In this document: one piece after another, positions 19,989 through 29,920 of the stretch
How the letters are laid out: every line of letters starts with the position of its first letter
How positions within the stretch are numbered: position 1 is the stretch's first letter
Source of the DNA: an uncultured Gammaproteobacteria bacterium
GTDB lineage: Bacteria > Patescibacteriota > Patescibacteriia > Magasanikbacterales > GWA2-37-8
DNA: 64,000 bases
NCBI GenBank assembly: GCA_964407865.1
Contig: CAYOXC010000001.1
Span: 109,642-173,641, forward strand
Reading direction: 5' to 3'
Position numbers and translations under genes: made by a program
The notes under the pieces: model-generated
Seen by the model: only the letters and a program-made list of their open reading frames with translations
Told to the model about the DNA's origin: nothing
Databases searched by the model: none

Positions 19989-20813
19989 ATGTTGCCAACT
20001 ATTACCGCGATTACAATTATATATAATGAGGAAAAACTACTGGACCGCTGTCTTAGTAGTGTTTATGGAGTAGTTGATCAAATAATGGTTTTTCATGATG
20101 GCCCTTGCGGCGATCGTTCCTTGGAGATCGCAAAAAAATATACGGATAAAGTTATTATTTTGGATCATCGTGGTTATATCGAAGCGCATATGGCGGAAGT
20201 TTTATCTCGTGTAAATACTGATTGGGTATTAATTTTAGATGCGGATGAATATTTATCTAAAGATTTGCGGAATGATATAAAAAAACTCGCCGAAGACGAG
20301 CGAGCGGATGGTTACAGCTTTTTAGAGCCGATATACATACCAGACGAAAATCGGTATACCTATGATGTTAAACCGCGGCGCAAGAACGCACTGCTCAGAA
20401 TGAATAAATTTTATTATATCGGATTGATGCATAGCGGTTATATGACATATGGTAATTTGAAATTTACTGATTATATTCTTGAACATAAACCATCATCGTT
20501 TAATTTTACCTTCTCTTCATATTTGAGTAAGTGGCGTCGTTTAGCAAAAATGGATGCAGCAGGAAATTTTAAGTCCTGGTTCGAAATAAAAAATTTTAAT
20601 TACATGGGCCCTGATATTCGTTTAGTTAAAAAGAATGTTTTTAAAAAAAATCACCCACTAATTGCCATTCCGATAGTTTTTTTAACACATTTTTTTCGCT
20701 TACTTGGGTCTGTAAAGTTGTTTTCCCGTGCGGTATATTATTTTGCTTTTTTAGAGGCGCTATATGGTGCAACGGTATGCTATTATCTTTATAAAATCAA
20801 GAAGGATGTTTAA
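19989..20813 (+). CDS. GT2 glycosyltransferase.
   Basis: ITAITIIYNEEKLLDRCLSS...ILDADE (DxD). Confidence 0.75.
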   Translation: MLPTITAITIIYNEEKLLDRCLSSVYGVVDQIMVFHDGPCGDRSLEIAKKYTDKVIILDHRGYIEAHMAEVLSRVNTDWVLILDADEYLSKDLRNDIKKLAEDERADGYSFLEPIYIPDENRYTYDVKPRRKNALLRMNKFYYIGLMHSGYMTYGNLKFTDYILEHKPSSFNFTFSSYLSKWRRLAKMDAAGNFKSWFEIKNFNYMGPDIRLVKKNVFKKNHPLIAIPIVFLTHFFRLLGSVKLFSRAVYYFAFLEALYGATVCYYLYKIKKDV

Positions 20814-20867
20814 TTTTTTCTTACATATTATTTTGTTAATAATTGTGAATATACACTGAGTTTACCT

Positions 20868-22094
20868 ATGAATAAAAAAATTAAAATTGCTTTTATAAAA
20901 GTAAACGGCCTTGCCACAAACGGAACCGAAAAATTTTTACAAATTATATCAGCAAATTTAGCAAAAGATAGATTTGAAGTTGATTATTATTATTGTGACT
21001 CACCTTCGTTTAAGGATTCTAGTGTAAAGCTAACAATGACCACTGATTCTAATAGAGTAAATTATATGACAGAACATGGTGTAAATTTAATTAAATTCCA
21101 TGTTGAGGCTATTGATTTGTCAACCTATACACATGATTGGATAAATACGGATTTCTGGGAAAAATTTGATGAAAATAGATATGATATTATTCAGACCGGT
21201 AGGGCCGGCCATCCGGAATATCCTTTTTACAAGATTAAACATACACCGATTGTGGATTCGTTGCATTTATCTGGAATGGTGGATAATCAGTACAATATTT
21301 CTCGCGTAATGCATATTTGCAAATGGAACGCGGATTTATGGGTAAAAAAAGGCGGAGATAAAAAGCGCATTGAATTAGTTTCTCATCCTATGGATTTAAA
21401 ATATAACGGTGGCGACATGCGTGAACAGTGTGAATTATCTAATAAGTTTGTTTTTGGTTTTCACCAAAGAAAAGAGGATAGTATATTTTCCGAAATTCCC
21501 TTAAAAGCTTATAAGAAAATTGAATTTGATAATAATTTTTTTATACTTTTGGGTGGTAGTAATAAATACCGTAAGCAAGCAAAAGAATTGGGTATAAAAA
21601 ATATTATTTTTTTAGAGCATACAGGTGATATGCAGTTCATATATCGATTTTTAAACACGCTCGATGTTTATGCGCACGGCAGAAAAGATGGCGAAGTGAA
21701 TTCGACAGCCATGGCCGAAGCAATGTATTTTGGACTTCCGATTGTGAGTCATTTATCGGAGATTAATAACGGACACGTTGAGTGTATTGGAAATGCCGGA
21801 AAAGTTGTACAAACAGACGATGAGTATGTTACGGAAATGTTAAAATTACAAAATGAAAAGGTTTATTATGACTATCGCCGTGAAGAGGCAAAAAAAAGAT
21901 TTGCTGAAAAATATGAACTATATGGACAAATTGATCGTATAATTAATATTTATAAAGATGTAATAAAGAATCCATTTCCTCATAAAATACGAAGATTTTT
22001 TTATCACGTTATTAATTATATAATAAAAAGATTAATTGTTAATAAGTTCACTTATCTTAGTTTAAGAAAAATGCAACAAATAATAAATAGATAA
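20868..22094 (+). CDS. GT4-type (GT-B fold) glycosyltransferase.
   Basis: The C-terminal domain has E-x7-E (EVNSTAMAEAMYFGLPIVS). Confidence 0.65.
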   Translation: MNKKIKIAFIKVNGLATNGTEKFLQIISANLAKDRFEVDYYYCDSPSFKDSSVKLTMTTDSNRVNYMTEHGVNLIKFHVEAIDLSTYTHDWINTDFWEKFDENRYDIIQTGRAGHPEYPFYKIKHTPIVDSLHLSGMVDNQYNISRVMHICKWNADLWVKKGGDKKRIELVSHPMDLKYNGGDMREQCELSNKFVFGFHQRKEDSIFSEIPLKAYKKIEFDNNFFILLGGSNKYRKQAKELGIKNIIFLEHTGDMQFIYRFLNTLDVYAHGRKDGEVNSTAMAEAMYFGLPIVSHLSEINNGHVECIGNAGKVVQTDDEYVTEMLKLQNEKVYYDYRREEAKKRFAEKYELYGQIDRIINIYKDVIKNPFPHKIRRFFYHVINYIIKRLIVNKFTYLSLRKMQQIINR

Positions 22095-22095
22095 G

Positions 22096-23025
22096 ATGTC
22101 GTTAATAATACTTACAAAATCGCCGATATTTAGTTTTAAAGATTTGATTAGACAGATTAAATATTTTGTTAAATATGTTTTAGGCCAGAAAAGAGGACCG
22201 GACATTGTGACTAGTAGTTTATTAAATGGTTTGAAAGAATTAAATTACAAATATAAGTACAATATTAATCAAAAGAAAATTTTTATCGAAGACACTATTT
22301 ATGTGAATGACAGTGTAGAGGCATTGAGGTGGGCGATAGAAGCAAAAAAGGAAGGAAAAATTAAAAAATTGATCGTTGGTCCAATAATATCCGTGCTACC
22401 TCACGACCATAACAGTATAATGTTAAATAAAGAAATAGATTTAATTCTGTTTCCCTCAGAATGGACAAAAAATCACTGGCTGTCAACTGAGAAGAGTTTA
22501 GAAAATAAAATCCAAATTTGGCCTGTCGGAGTAACTTTGCCAGTGCTATCAAAGGATGATAGGGATACAGTATTGGTATATTACAAAAAAGTCCCTGGGA
22601 ATTTATTTGAGTTTATAAAGAATTTTCTAAATAGAAGTAATATAAAATTCCACATTATCAATTATGGTTTGTATAGGCAAAAGAGATATTTTTCTTTATT
22701 AAGAAAAGCAAAAGTGATGATATATTTATCCGAGTCAGAAAGCCAAGGTTTGGCAATGTTCGAGGCGTGGTCATATAACGTGCCAACGCTAGTTTGGAAT
22801 CGCGGATATTGGCAGTATGGCAATAATAGATGGGAAGATGATAAAATAAGTTCACCTTATTTAGTAGAGGATTGTGGGCTTTTTTTTAAAAATCAGAATG
22901 ATTTTCCTGAAGTCTTTAATTGTTTTATAAATAAATTGCCATCCTTTTCGCCACGCAATTATATTGCTAATAACTATACTAATAAAAAAATAGCTCAGAA
23001 TTTTTTAGGAATTATAACTGGGTAA
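22096..23025 (+). CDS. Putative GT-B-fold glycosyltransferase.
   Basis: ESQGLAMFEAWSYNVPTLV resembles the GT1/GT4 E-x7-E region. Otherwise it is uncharacterised. Confidence 0.45.
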   Translation: MSLIILTKSPIFSFKDLIRQIKYFVKYVLGQKRGPDIVTSSLLNGLKELNYKYKYNINQKKIFIEDTIYVNDSVEALRWAIEAKKEGKIKKLIVGPIISVLPHDHNSIMLNKEIDLILFPSEWTKNHWLSTEKSLENKIQIWPVGVTLPVLSKDDRDTVLVYYKKVPGNLFEFIKNFLNRSNIKFHIINYGLYRQKRYFSLLRKAKVMIYLSESESQGLAMFEAWSYNVPTLVWNRGYWQYGNNRWEDDKISSPYLVEDCGLFFKNQNDFPEVFNCFINKLPSFSPRNYIANNYTNKKIAQNFLGIITG

Positions 23026-23027
23026 AT

Positions 23028-23729
23028 ATGATTGATAGAATTATTAATATTATAATGACTCCTTTAAGGAAAGCCGCAAATCGTAAATTTTATAAGCAGT
23101 TTATCGGCAAGGGGAAGTTATTTTTTGATATTGGCGCAAATCATGGTGTTCGCACAGCGGTTTTTCGTGATTTAGGATTAAAGGTTATCGCTGTAGAACC
23201 CCAGAGTGCTTGTGTAGAAAAGCTCAAGAAAAAATTTAATTTAGATGGCAATGTAATTATAGTGAATAAAGGCGTTGGTGAAGCCGAAGGTACAAAGAAT
23301 ATTCAGATTTGCTCATCATCAGATACAATTTCAACTTTTTCTGATGAGTGGAAAAATGGTCGTTTTAAAGAATTTAGTTTTGACAGGCAGGAGAAAGTAC
23401 AAATAACAACTCTGGACGAACTTATCGGGGAGTATGGTTTGCCGGATTTTATTAAAATTGATGTTGAAGGTTATGAGATGCAAGTTATTAGTGGTTTAAC
23501 ACAAAAAGTTCCCTGTTTAAATTTTGAATTTTCGAGTGAATTTATTGGAAATACGATTATAAGCCTCGATCGTTTAACTGGTTTAGGTTATGCTTCATTT
23601 AATTTTGTTGAAGGGGAAGATCTAAATTTTAAATTTAATAATTGGCAAACAAAGCCAGAGCTTGTTGATTATTTGCAGATTGCAATTAGCAAAAATCCTG
23701 ATTTGTGGGGTGATATATACGTTAAATAG
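23028..23729 (+). CDS. FkbM-family methyltransferase.
   Basis: FFDIGANHGV...AVEPQ, and FIKIDVEGYEMQVISG. Confidence 0.75.
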   Translation: MIDRIINIIMTPLRKAANRKFYKQFIGKGKLFFDIGANHGVRTAVFRDLGLKVIAVEPQSACVEKLKKKFNLDGNVIIVNKGVGEAEGTKNIQICSSSDTISTFSDEWKNGRFKEFSFDRQEKVQITTLDELIGEYGLPDFIKIDVEGYEMQVISGLTQKVPCLNFEFSSEFIGNTIISLDRLTGLGYASFNFVEGEDLNFKFNNWQTKPELVDYLQIAISKNPDLWGDIYVK

Positions 23730-23738
23730 CACTACACC

Positions 23739-24332
23739 ATGAAACTACATTTAGGTTGCGGCGGTACATACTTGGAGGGATATGTCAATATAGATTTTCC
23801 GCCTGACAAAAAAACAATAATGAATGTTAAAGCCGATATTTATCAGGATATTAGAACATTGAATTACCCTGATAATAGCGTTGATGAAATCCGCAATCAT
23901 CATGTTTTCGAACACTTCAATCGTATTGTCGCCTTGAAGATGCTTCTCCAATGGCGCCGCTGGCTTAGGCCCGGAGGCAGGCTCGTAATTGAAACCCCCG
24001 ATTATTTTTGGTGCAGCTTATTTTTTATTTTTGCTCCACATAAATACAAAATGGAACTTGGACGCCATATTTTTGGCACGCAGGAAGCCGGATGGGCGAA
24101 CCATTTGGATTTTTGGTATAAGAGCAAATTTAAGAAAGTTCTCCGTAAACTTGGTTTTGAATCGTTTAAATTTACACATCCGCTTTATAAAAATCTATTG
24201 CCTAATATTCAGGTTGAGTGCCGAAAGCGCAATAATGAGATTAATGAAGATGTGGTTTTAAAAGAAATTTTATGTTGGTATGTTCTTAAAGCAGAAGATA
24301 AGAAAAAATATTTGGAGAACTGGTTAAATTAA
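23739..24332 (+). CDS. Class I SAM-dependent methyltransferase.
   Basis: KLHLGCGG...LRPGGRLVIETPD. Confidence 0.6.
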   Translation: MKLHLGCGGTYLEGYVNIDFPPDKKTIMNVKADIYQDIRTLNYPDNSVDEIRNHHVFEHFNRIVALKMLLQWRRWLRPGGRLVIETPDYFWCSLFFIFAPHKYKMELGRHIFGTQEAGWANHLDFWYKSKFKKVLRKLGFESFKFTHPLYKNLLPNIQVECRKRNNEINEDVVLKEILCWYVLKAEDKKKYLENWLN

Positions 24333-24336
24333 CTAT

Positions 24337-25122
24337 ATGACCGTAATAAAATTAAAAGGCGGGCTCGGTAATCAAATGTTTCAGTATGCCTACGGAAGAA
24401 GTCTTGAGTTAGCTGGAAAAAATATTATTTTTGATACATCTTTTTTTAACGGTGGGCGGTTAAAAACAGACACACCCAGAGATTTCTCCTTAGGGATTTT
24501 TAATTTACAGACCAAAGTCGAGTTTTTACCGCAACCTCATCTGTTTCGTGATTTTATAATTAAGCTCAAACGAAAATTGGGGTTTCAAATAGACGAGTAT
24601 TTTCAAAATGAAAAATATTTTAAGGATATTTCCGAAGAAATAAGGCATGAATTTACCTTGAAAGACACTTTGTTACCTGACGCACGGAATTTTTTGGAGC
24701 AAATCATTGCATTGAATTCTGTGTCTTTGCATGTGAGGCGAGGGGATTATATTAACGATAAGAAAACCAATGAGTATCACGGTGTTTGCAGACAGGAATA
24801 TTACGAGAGCGCGATGAAAATGATCCAGGAAAAAGTACCGGACGTGAAGTATTTTGTTTTTTCAGATGATATTGAGTGGACAAAAAAGATATTTGTAGGA
24901 GATAAATTCGTATTTGTATCCTCACCGAACATTACAGGGCATGAAGAGATGTTTTTAATGAGTAAATGTAAACACAATATCATAGCCAACAGTAGCTTTA
25001 GCTGGTGGGGTGCATGGCTCAATGAAAATCCTAAAAAAATTGTGATTGCGCCTAAGACGTGGTTTAATGATCCCAAGGCCGATGAAAATCATAGTTTGCC
25101 GGTAAATTGGATAAGAATTTAA
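24337..25122 (+). CDS. GT11 alpha-1,2-fucosyltransferase-like glycosyltransferase.
   Basis: The N-terminal GGLGNQMFQYA and the HVRRGDY motif are hallmarks of family GT11 (FutC/WbsJ-like). Confidence 0.8.
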   Translation: MTVIKLKGGLGNQMFQYAYGRSLELAGKNIIFDTSFFNGGRLKTDTPRDFSLGIFNLQTKVEFLPQPHLFRDFIIKLKRKLGFQIDEYFQNEKYFKDISEEIRHEFTLKDTLLPDARNFLEQIIALNSVSLHVRRGDYINDKKTNEYHGVCRQEYYESAMKMIQEKVPDVKYFVFSDDIEWTKKIFVGDKFVFVSSPNITGHEEMFLMSKCKHNIIANSSFSWWGAWLNENPKKIVIAPKTWFNDPKADENHSLPVNWIRI

Positions 25123-25123
25123 T

Positions 25124-25897
25124 ATGCTAGAAGTTAGCGTAATAATCATTACACATAATCGCAAAAATTATATCAGCGACGCGCTTGATAGTGCGATGGT
25201 GCAATCTTTTAAAGATTTCGAATTGATTATCGTTGATGATAACTCAGATGACGGAACGAGCGATTTTGTTCATAATGAATATCAAAATAAGATTCAGAAT
25301 TTTATTTATATTAAGAATGATTCCAGACAGGGTATAAGCAAAAGTCGAAATATTGCCCTAGCAAAATCATCAGGTAAATTTATCGCCGTATTAGACAGTG
25401 ATGACGTTTGGTCAGATCCAGATAAGTTAAAAAAACAAGTTGAGTTTTTAAAAAATAACCCTGACCATATCATGGTTGGTTGTAATGCGGAAATTATTGA
25501 TGAAAAAGGATTTTCCGTAGGTCGTTTAGTCTATCCGGAGAAAGACGTAAAAATTAGAGAAATAGTTTTATTAAAAAATCAGTTTGTCCATTCAGGTATT
25601 TTATTCCGAAAAGAGGCCGCCATCAAAGCGGGTGGGTACGATGAATCGCTTGTGGTCGGTGAAGATTATAATTTATTTTTGAAATTAGGACTTCAAGGGA
25701 AGCTGGTAAACTTATCGGATGAAATGGTTAAATATAGGAGGCACAAAGGCAATATTTGCCTTGAAGAACGAAGGCAAGCTTTTAAAGATAATATAGCTAT
25801 AATCAAGCGATATAAAAATAAATATCCTAGGTATGTCAGAGCAATGCTTAGAAGATATGTTAGATATTTTATTTACCGATTATTTAATTGGAAATGA
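25124..25897 (+). CDS. GT2 glycosyltransferase.
   Basis: VSVIIITHNRKNYISDALDSAMVQSF...IIVDDNSDDGT, and LDSDD. Confidence 0.8.
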   Translation: MLEVSVIIITHNRKNYISDALDSAMVQSFKDFELIIVDDNSDDGTSDFVHNEYQNKIQNFIYIKNDSRQGISKSRNIALAKSSGKFIAVLDSDDVWSDPDKLKKQVEFLKNNPDHIMVGCNAEIIDEKGFSVGRLVYPEKDVKIREIVLLKNQFVHSGILFRKEAAIKAGGYDESLVVGEDYNLFLKLGLQGKLVNLSDEMVKYRRHKGNICLEERRQAFKDNIAIIKRYKNKYPRYVRAMLRRYVRYFIYRLFNWK

Positions 25898-26997
25898 AAA
25901 TTTTATACTTAATAACTAAATCTGAAGCTGGCGGGGCGCAAACGCATGTTGCCGAACTTTGCCGATATTTTAAATCAAAGGGCGATGAAATAGTCGTAAT
26001 GAGTGCTTCTGGCGGTTGGTTAGAAAAAGAATGTAATAATATCGGCGCGAAATTTATTAGTAATGATTATTTTAGCAATAGCGCAAATCCATTATTGATT
26101 TATAGAGCTATAAAAGAGATAAAGAATTGTGCTTTTCAATTTAAACCGGATATTATCCATTGTCACAGTTCTACTGCCGCATTTCTTGGACGTTTAGCTA
26201 TTAGAGGTAAGGTGAAAACAATACACACAGCTCACGGTTGGGGTTTTAATGAAGGTGTGCCGTGGCTACAAAAATGGGCGGTAATTTTTGCTGAAAAACT
26301 TGTTTCAAAATATACGCATAAAATAATTTGCGTTTGTAAATTTGTAAAAGAATTAGGAGTTAAATACGGAATATCTCCGGAAGAAAAAATGGAAGTGGTA
26401 TACAACGGAGTTAAGGTTCCAGAAATGATTTCCGATCGCGCGGCTCGGCAAAACAATAAATTAAAAATTTTATTTGTCGGCCGTCTCGCTCGACCCAAAC
26501 TCCCGGGACTGTTGATTGATGCTTTTTTATCGCTGCCGGATGATTTAAAAAATAAATCCGAAATTATTATCGTTGGCGACGGGCCAATGTTAGACAAGCT
26601 TAAATCAAAGGCGTCTTTCTTTGGCCTAGATAATAATATTTTTTATGGCGAAAAAAACAGTTTAGAATTAGAAGAAATTTATAAAAAATCAGATATATTC
26701 GTTTTGCCGACCGAATGGGAGGGTTTTCCGTATGTAATACTAGAAGCCATGGCTACGGGCTTGCCGGTAATAGCTAGTGGCGTTGGCGGTATTCCCGAAG
26801 CTGTTACCGAAGAAAATGGATTTGTTGTAAAAAATATTGCCAATGATTTATCTTATGCCTTAAAGATGTTGATTGCTAACGACCAGTTGAGACTGGACAT
26901 GGGAATAAGAGGTCGAGAGATCGTGCAGCAAAAATTTGCAAAAGAAAGCATGTTGTTAAAGGTTGAATCAATATATAAAGAGGTTATTAATCTATGA
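25888..26997 (+). CDS. GT4 glycosyltransferase.
   Basis: GGAQTHVAEL..., and EGFPYVILEAMATGLPVIAS (E-x7-E). Confidence 0.8.
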   Translation: MEMKILYLITKSEAGGAQTHVAELCRYFKSKGDEIVVMSASGGWLEKECNNIGAKFISNDYFSNSANPLLIYRAIKEIKNCAFQFKPDIIHCHSSTAAFLGRLAIRGKVKTIHTAHGWGFNEGVPWLQKWAVIFAEKLVSKYTHKIICVCKFVKELGVKYGISPEEKMEVVYNGVKVPEMISDRAARQNNKLKILFVGRLARPKLPGLLIDAFLSLPDDLKNKSEIIIVGDGPMLDKLKSKASFFGLDNNIFYGEKNSLELEEIYKKSDIFVLPTEWEGFPYVILEAMATGLPVIASGVGGIPEAVTEENGFVVKNIANDLSYALKMLIANDQLRLDMGIRGREIVQQKFAKESMLLKVESIYKEVINL

Positions 26998-28406
26998 AGT
27001 TAATATATATTGGAGCTGGTTTTGTCGGTGCGTGTGCCGCTGCTGCTTCAGCTGATAGCGGACATAAAATATTACTTTTTGATATTGATGAAATCAAAAT
27101 TAAACGCTTGTCATCGGGTGATAGAGATATTATTGAGTCTTGCCTGTACGAAAAAGGGCTTGGTGATTTGTTAGTTAGAAACAAAGAAAATATTACATTC
27201 TCATCTAAGGCCGATAATTTTAAGGACTGGTGTGATGACGCAGACGCGATATTTATTTGTGTCCCTACACCTGAAAAGGATGATAGTAGCGGAGAAACCG
27301 ACTTGCGTTATTATAAAGAAGCTTTATCGTTTTTAGCGCTTAATTTAAAAAATAGAAATAGCACTGATCAGAGTAAATACTTGGTGGTAATAAATAAAAG
27401 TACCGTGCCGATTTCTGCCGCCGATTATGCTTCGGAAGAGTTGAAAAAAAACGGGGTAAAAAATTTCGGCATTGCGTCAAATCCGGAGTTTTTAGTTGAA
27501 GGCAAGGCAATTGAAGGATCTATTAAACCTGACCGAATTGTGATTGGCGCTTGGAATGATATGGATTTTCAGATTATGAGAAAAATTTACGCTCGTTTTT
27601 ATCAGTCACCGAATGTTGATTATATCGAAGTTAATCCTAAGGAGGCGGCAGCAGGTAAACTGCTGGCCAATTACATACTACTCAGTCGACTTGTAACGAC
27701 CTATGGAGTTATCGGCAGGCTCACTGAAAGCTTTAATGATCTAAAGTTTGAAAATGTAAGAAAAATTATTTCTTCTGACTCCAGAATTGGACCATGGGGT
27801 TTGTTTGACAGTGTCTATGCTGGTGGCAGTTGTTTAACGAAGGATGCCGCTTCATTAAAAAAACAACTAACGGATCAAAAAGGAGATGCTTCTCAAGTGG
27901 TGCTGACCATAGAAAACAACATTCAGCAACTCGAATATTTTTATAATCGTGCCTCTGCTAATCATTTTAATTGGAAAAATAAAACTATTGCAGTTATGGG
28001 ATTAGCCTTTAAGCGAGACACAAATGATGTCCGTAATTCAGCGGCTTATTATATCGTTCCAAAGTTAATAGATGATGGAATAAATGATGTCAGAGTTTAC
28101 GACCCTGCAGCCATGCCGATGTTTAAGAGTTTGTTTGATCCGGAAAAAGATGATAGATACAAGGTTATAACCTACCATAATTCTGAAAGCGAAGCCTTGA
28201 AAGGCAGTGATGCCTGTATGATTTTAACCGATTGGCCGAAGTTTCGCGAGCTTGGTGGAATTATTCAAGAAAATTGCAAACCACCATATCTAATCATGGA
28301 CGGGCGGCGGATGCTCGCTTCACAGTTTGAGGATTTGGTGAAAAAAGGTTATGATATTATTGCGGTAGGAAGTCCGACGATAGTCCATAAAGTCAAAAGT
28401 TCATAA
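26994..28406 (+). CDS. Nucleotide-sugar dehydrogenase (UDP-glucose/GDP-mannose dehydrogenase family).
   Basis: N-terminal Rossmann motif IGAGFVGA, the catalytic GGSCLTKD (Cys), and a C-terminal UDPG_MGDP_dh_C-like region. Confidence 0.8.
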   Translation: MKLIYIGAGFVGACAAAASADSGHKILLFDIDEIKIKRLSSGDRDIIESCLYEKGLGDLLVRNKENITFSSKADNFKDWCDDADAIFICVPTPEKDDSSGETDLRYYKEALSFLALNLKNRNSTDQSKYLVVINKSTVPISAADYASEELKKNGVKNFGIASNPEFLVEGKAIEGSIKPDRIVIGAWNDMDFQIMRKIYARFYQSPNVDYIEVNPKEAAAGKLLANYILLSRLVTTYGVIGRLTESFNDLKFENVRKIISSDSRIGPWGLFDSVYAGGSCLTKDAASLKKQLTDQKGDASQVVLTIENNIQQLEYFYNRASANHFNWKNKTIAVMGLAFKRDTNDVRNSAAYYIVPKLIDDGINDVRVYDPAAMPMFKSLFDPEKDDRYKVITYHNSESEALKGSDACMILTDWPKFRELGGIIQENCKPPYLIMDGRRMLASQFEDLVKKGYDIIAVGSPTIVHKVKSS

Positions 28407-28442
28407 AGTTTTTAAAGTATTATAAATAGTAATTGGTTAATT

Positions 28443-29354
28443 ATGTCTAAATATCTCGTTACAGGTGGGGCGGGTTTTATTGGAGTTAATTTGGTAAAAA
28501 AATTATTGAGAAATGGTCATGAAGTAGTGGTGGTAGATAATTATGCCGGAGGAAAAAGAAAAGACCGGATATTGGATGGCGCCAAATATGTTGAAGAAGA
28601 TGTGGTTAATTTTAAGAAGTTTAATAATATCTGCAAAGACGGATTTGACGGGATTTTTCATTTGGCCGCTCTACCTAGAGTGTCTTACTCAATGGAAAAC
28701 CCGATTGAGACGCACCAGACCAATGTTGATGGAACGTTGAACGTCTTGGTGGCAGCAAAAGAAAATAACATTAAACGCGTTATTCTCTCTTCTTCAGCGG
28801 CGGTTTATGGAGATCAAGAAAAATTTCCCGTTGATGAATTACTCCCGGCAAAGCCGGTTAGCCCCTATGGTCTGCATAAGTTTATCGGCGAAGAATACTG
28901 CAAGCTTTTTAGCATGATTTATGGCATAGAAACAGTAAGCTTACGATATTTTAACGTCTACGGCCCGTATTTTGACCCGGAAGGGGCTTATGCCTTGGTC
29001 GTGGGTAAATTCATCGATCAGTGGAAAGACGACAAGCCAATGACGATTTGTGGCGATGGTGAGTATTATCGGGATTACATCCATGTTGAAGATATCGTAG
29101 AAGCAAATTTGGCCGCCATGCAAAGCGATGGTGTTGGCAAGGGCGAGGTTATGAACATCGGTAGCGGTAAAAGCTATTCAGTAAACGAATTAGCAAAAAT
29201 GATTGGAGGGCCTACTGTAAATATTGAATCTAGAGCAGGTGATCCTCGTAAGACCGAAGCCGATATATCTCTTGCAAAAAAACTTCTCGGTTGGGAGCCG
29301 AAAATTAGTCTGGAAGAGGGGGTAGAAGAATTGAAAAAAGAGTGGGGAATATAA
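28443..29354 (+). CDS. NAD-dependent sugar epimerase/dehydratase (extended SDR).
   Basis: VTGGAGFIGVNLV, and YGLHKFIGEEY (YxxxK). Confidence 0.8.
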   Translation: MSKYLVTGGAGFIGVNLVKKLLRNGHEVVVVDNYAGGKRKDRILDGAKYVEEDVVNFKKFNNICKDGFDGIFHLAALPRVSYSMENPIETHQTNVDGTLNVLVAAKENNIKRVILSSSAAVYGDQEKFPVDELLPAKPVSPYGLHKFIGEEYCKLFSMIYGIETVSLRYFNVYGPYFDPEGAYALVVGKFIDQWKDDKPMTICGDGEYYRDYIHVEDIVEANLAAMQSDGVGKGEVMNIGSGKSYSVNELAKMIGGPTVNIESRAGDPRKTEADISLAKKLLGWEPKISLEEGVEELKKEWGI

Positions 29355-29361
29355 TTAAAAT

Positions 29362-29381
29362 CCTAAACCCTAAACCCTAAA
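29362..29381. repeat. Short heptamer tandem repeat (CCTAAAC) of about 3 copies.
   Basis: cctaaaccctaaaccctaaa. The same heptamer seeds the larger array at 33140-33219. Confidence 0.5.
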
Positions 29382-29397
29382 TTTTAAAAAAATGTAT

Positions 29398-29432
29398 AAA
29401 AAATTATCGCTAAATAGCGATAATTTTTATTT
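29398..29432. terminator. Bidirectional rho-independent terminator between the convergent epimerase gene and rpmA.
   Basis: TTATCGCTAAATAGCGATAA hairpin flanked by A-runs and T-runs on both sides. Confidence 0.6.
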
Positions 29433-29442
29433 GAGATATTTT

Positions 29443-29721
29443 TTAGGCGGTGACGATGTTGACAAACTGAGTCAATTTCATTGAGCCGTCAAATCGTTTG
29501 CGTTTGCGTGAAGTAAACTTGACTTTTCCTTCAGCCAATGCAAAAAGAGAATCGTCGTTGGCGCGTTTAACATTTTTCCCGGCGTGAATCCGAGTTCCGC
29601 GCTGTTTAACGATTATCATTCCTGGTTTGATTGTCATGCCGTCGTGAACTTTTACCCCGAGCCGCTTTGATTGAGAATCGCGACCGAGCCGTGTAGAGCC
29701 GCCGGCTTTCTTATGGGACAT
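29443..29721 (-). CDS. rpmA: 50S ribosomal protein L27.
   Basis: [24 protein letters not shown]... Confidence 0.9.
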   Translation of the reverse strand: MSHKKAGGSTRLGRDSQSKRLGVKVHDGMTIKPGMIIVKQRGTRIHAGKNVKRANDDSLFALAEGKVKFTSRKRKRFDGSMKLTQFVNIVTA

Positions 29722-29728
29722 ATATTAA

Positions 29729-29834
29729 AATTTTTAATTTTTAAATTTTATAATTTTTAAACGCTAATGAATCGATATTAATTTATAGACAATTTTTAAT
29801 TTTTAAATTTTGTAATTTTTAAACGCTAATGAAG
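29729..29834. repeat. Two copies of a 44-bp AT-rich direct repeat with a 62-bp period, in the divergent rpmA / mraY-like intergenic region. Related copies lie at 1284-1320 and 32018-32070.
   Basis: aatttttaatttttaaatttt(a/g)taatttttaaacgctaatgaa appears twice. The copies contain TATAAT / TGTAAT -10-like hexamers. Confidence 0.7.
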
Positions 29835-29920
29835 TAATATGTAGCCAGATTTTACTATAATATCTAATATTTGTCAATATTTAGCTAGTTTGATAGAATA
29901 ATAGCTAAATATAGCAAAAT

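Noticed and set aside
22096-23025. Considered calling this ORF a specific sialyl- or fucosyltransferase.
   Set aside because: Only a generic GT-B C-terminal E-x7-E-like patch is visible. There is no family-specific motif, so it is kept as a generic putative glycosyltransferase.
29362-29381. A telomere-like (CCCTAAA)3 repeat.
   Set aside because: It has only about 3 copies and lies in a bacterial intergenic region next to a bidirectional terminator. The same heptamer seeds the degenerate array at 33140-33219, so it is a local microsatellite and not a telomere.
29729-29834. Considered as a possible CRISPR array.
   Set aside because: There are only two copies. The repeats are AT-rich, not palindromic and GC-containing, the spacer is a single 18-nt stretch, and there are no cas genes. 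It is not a CRISPR.
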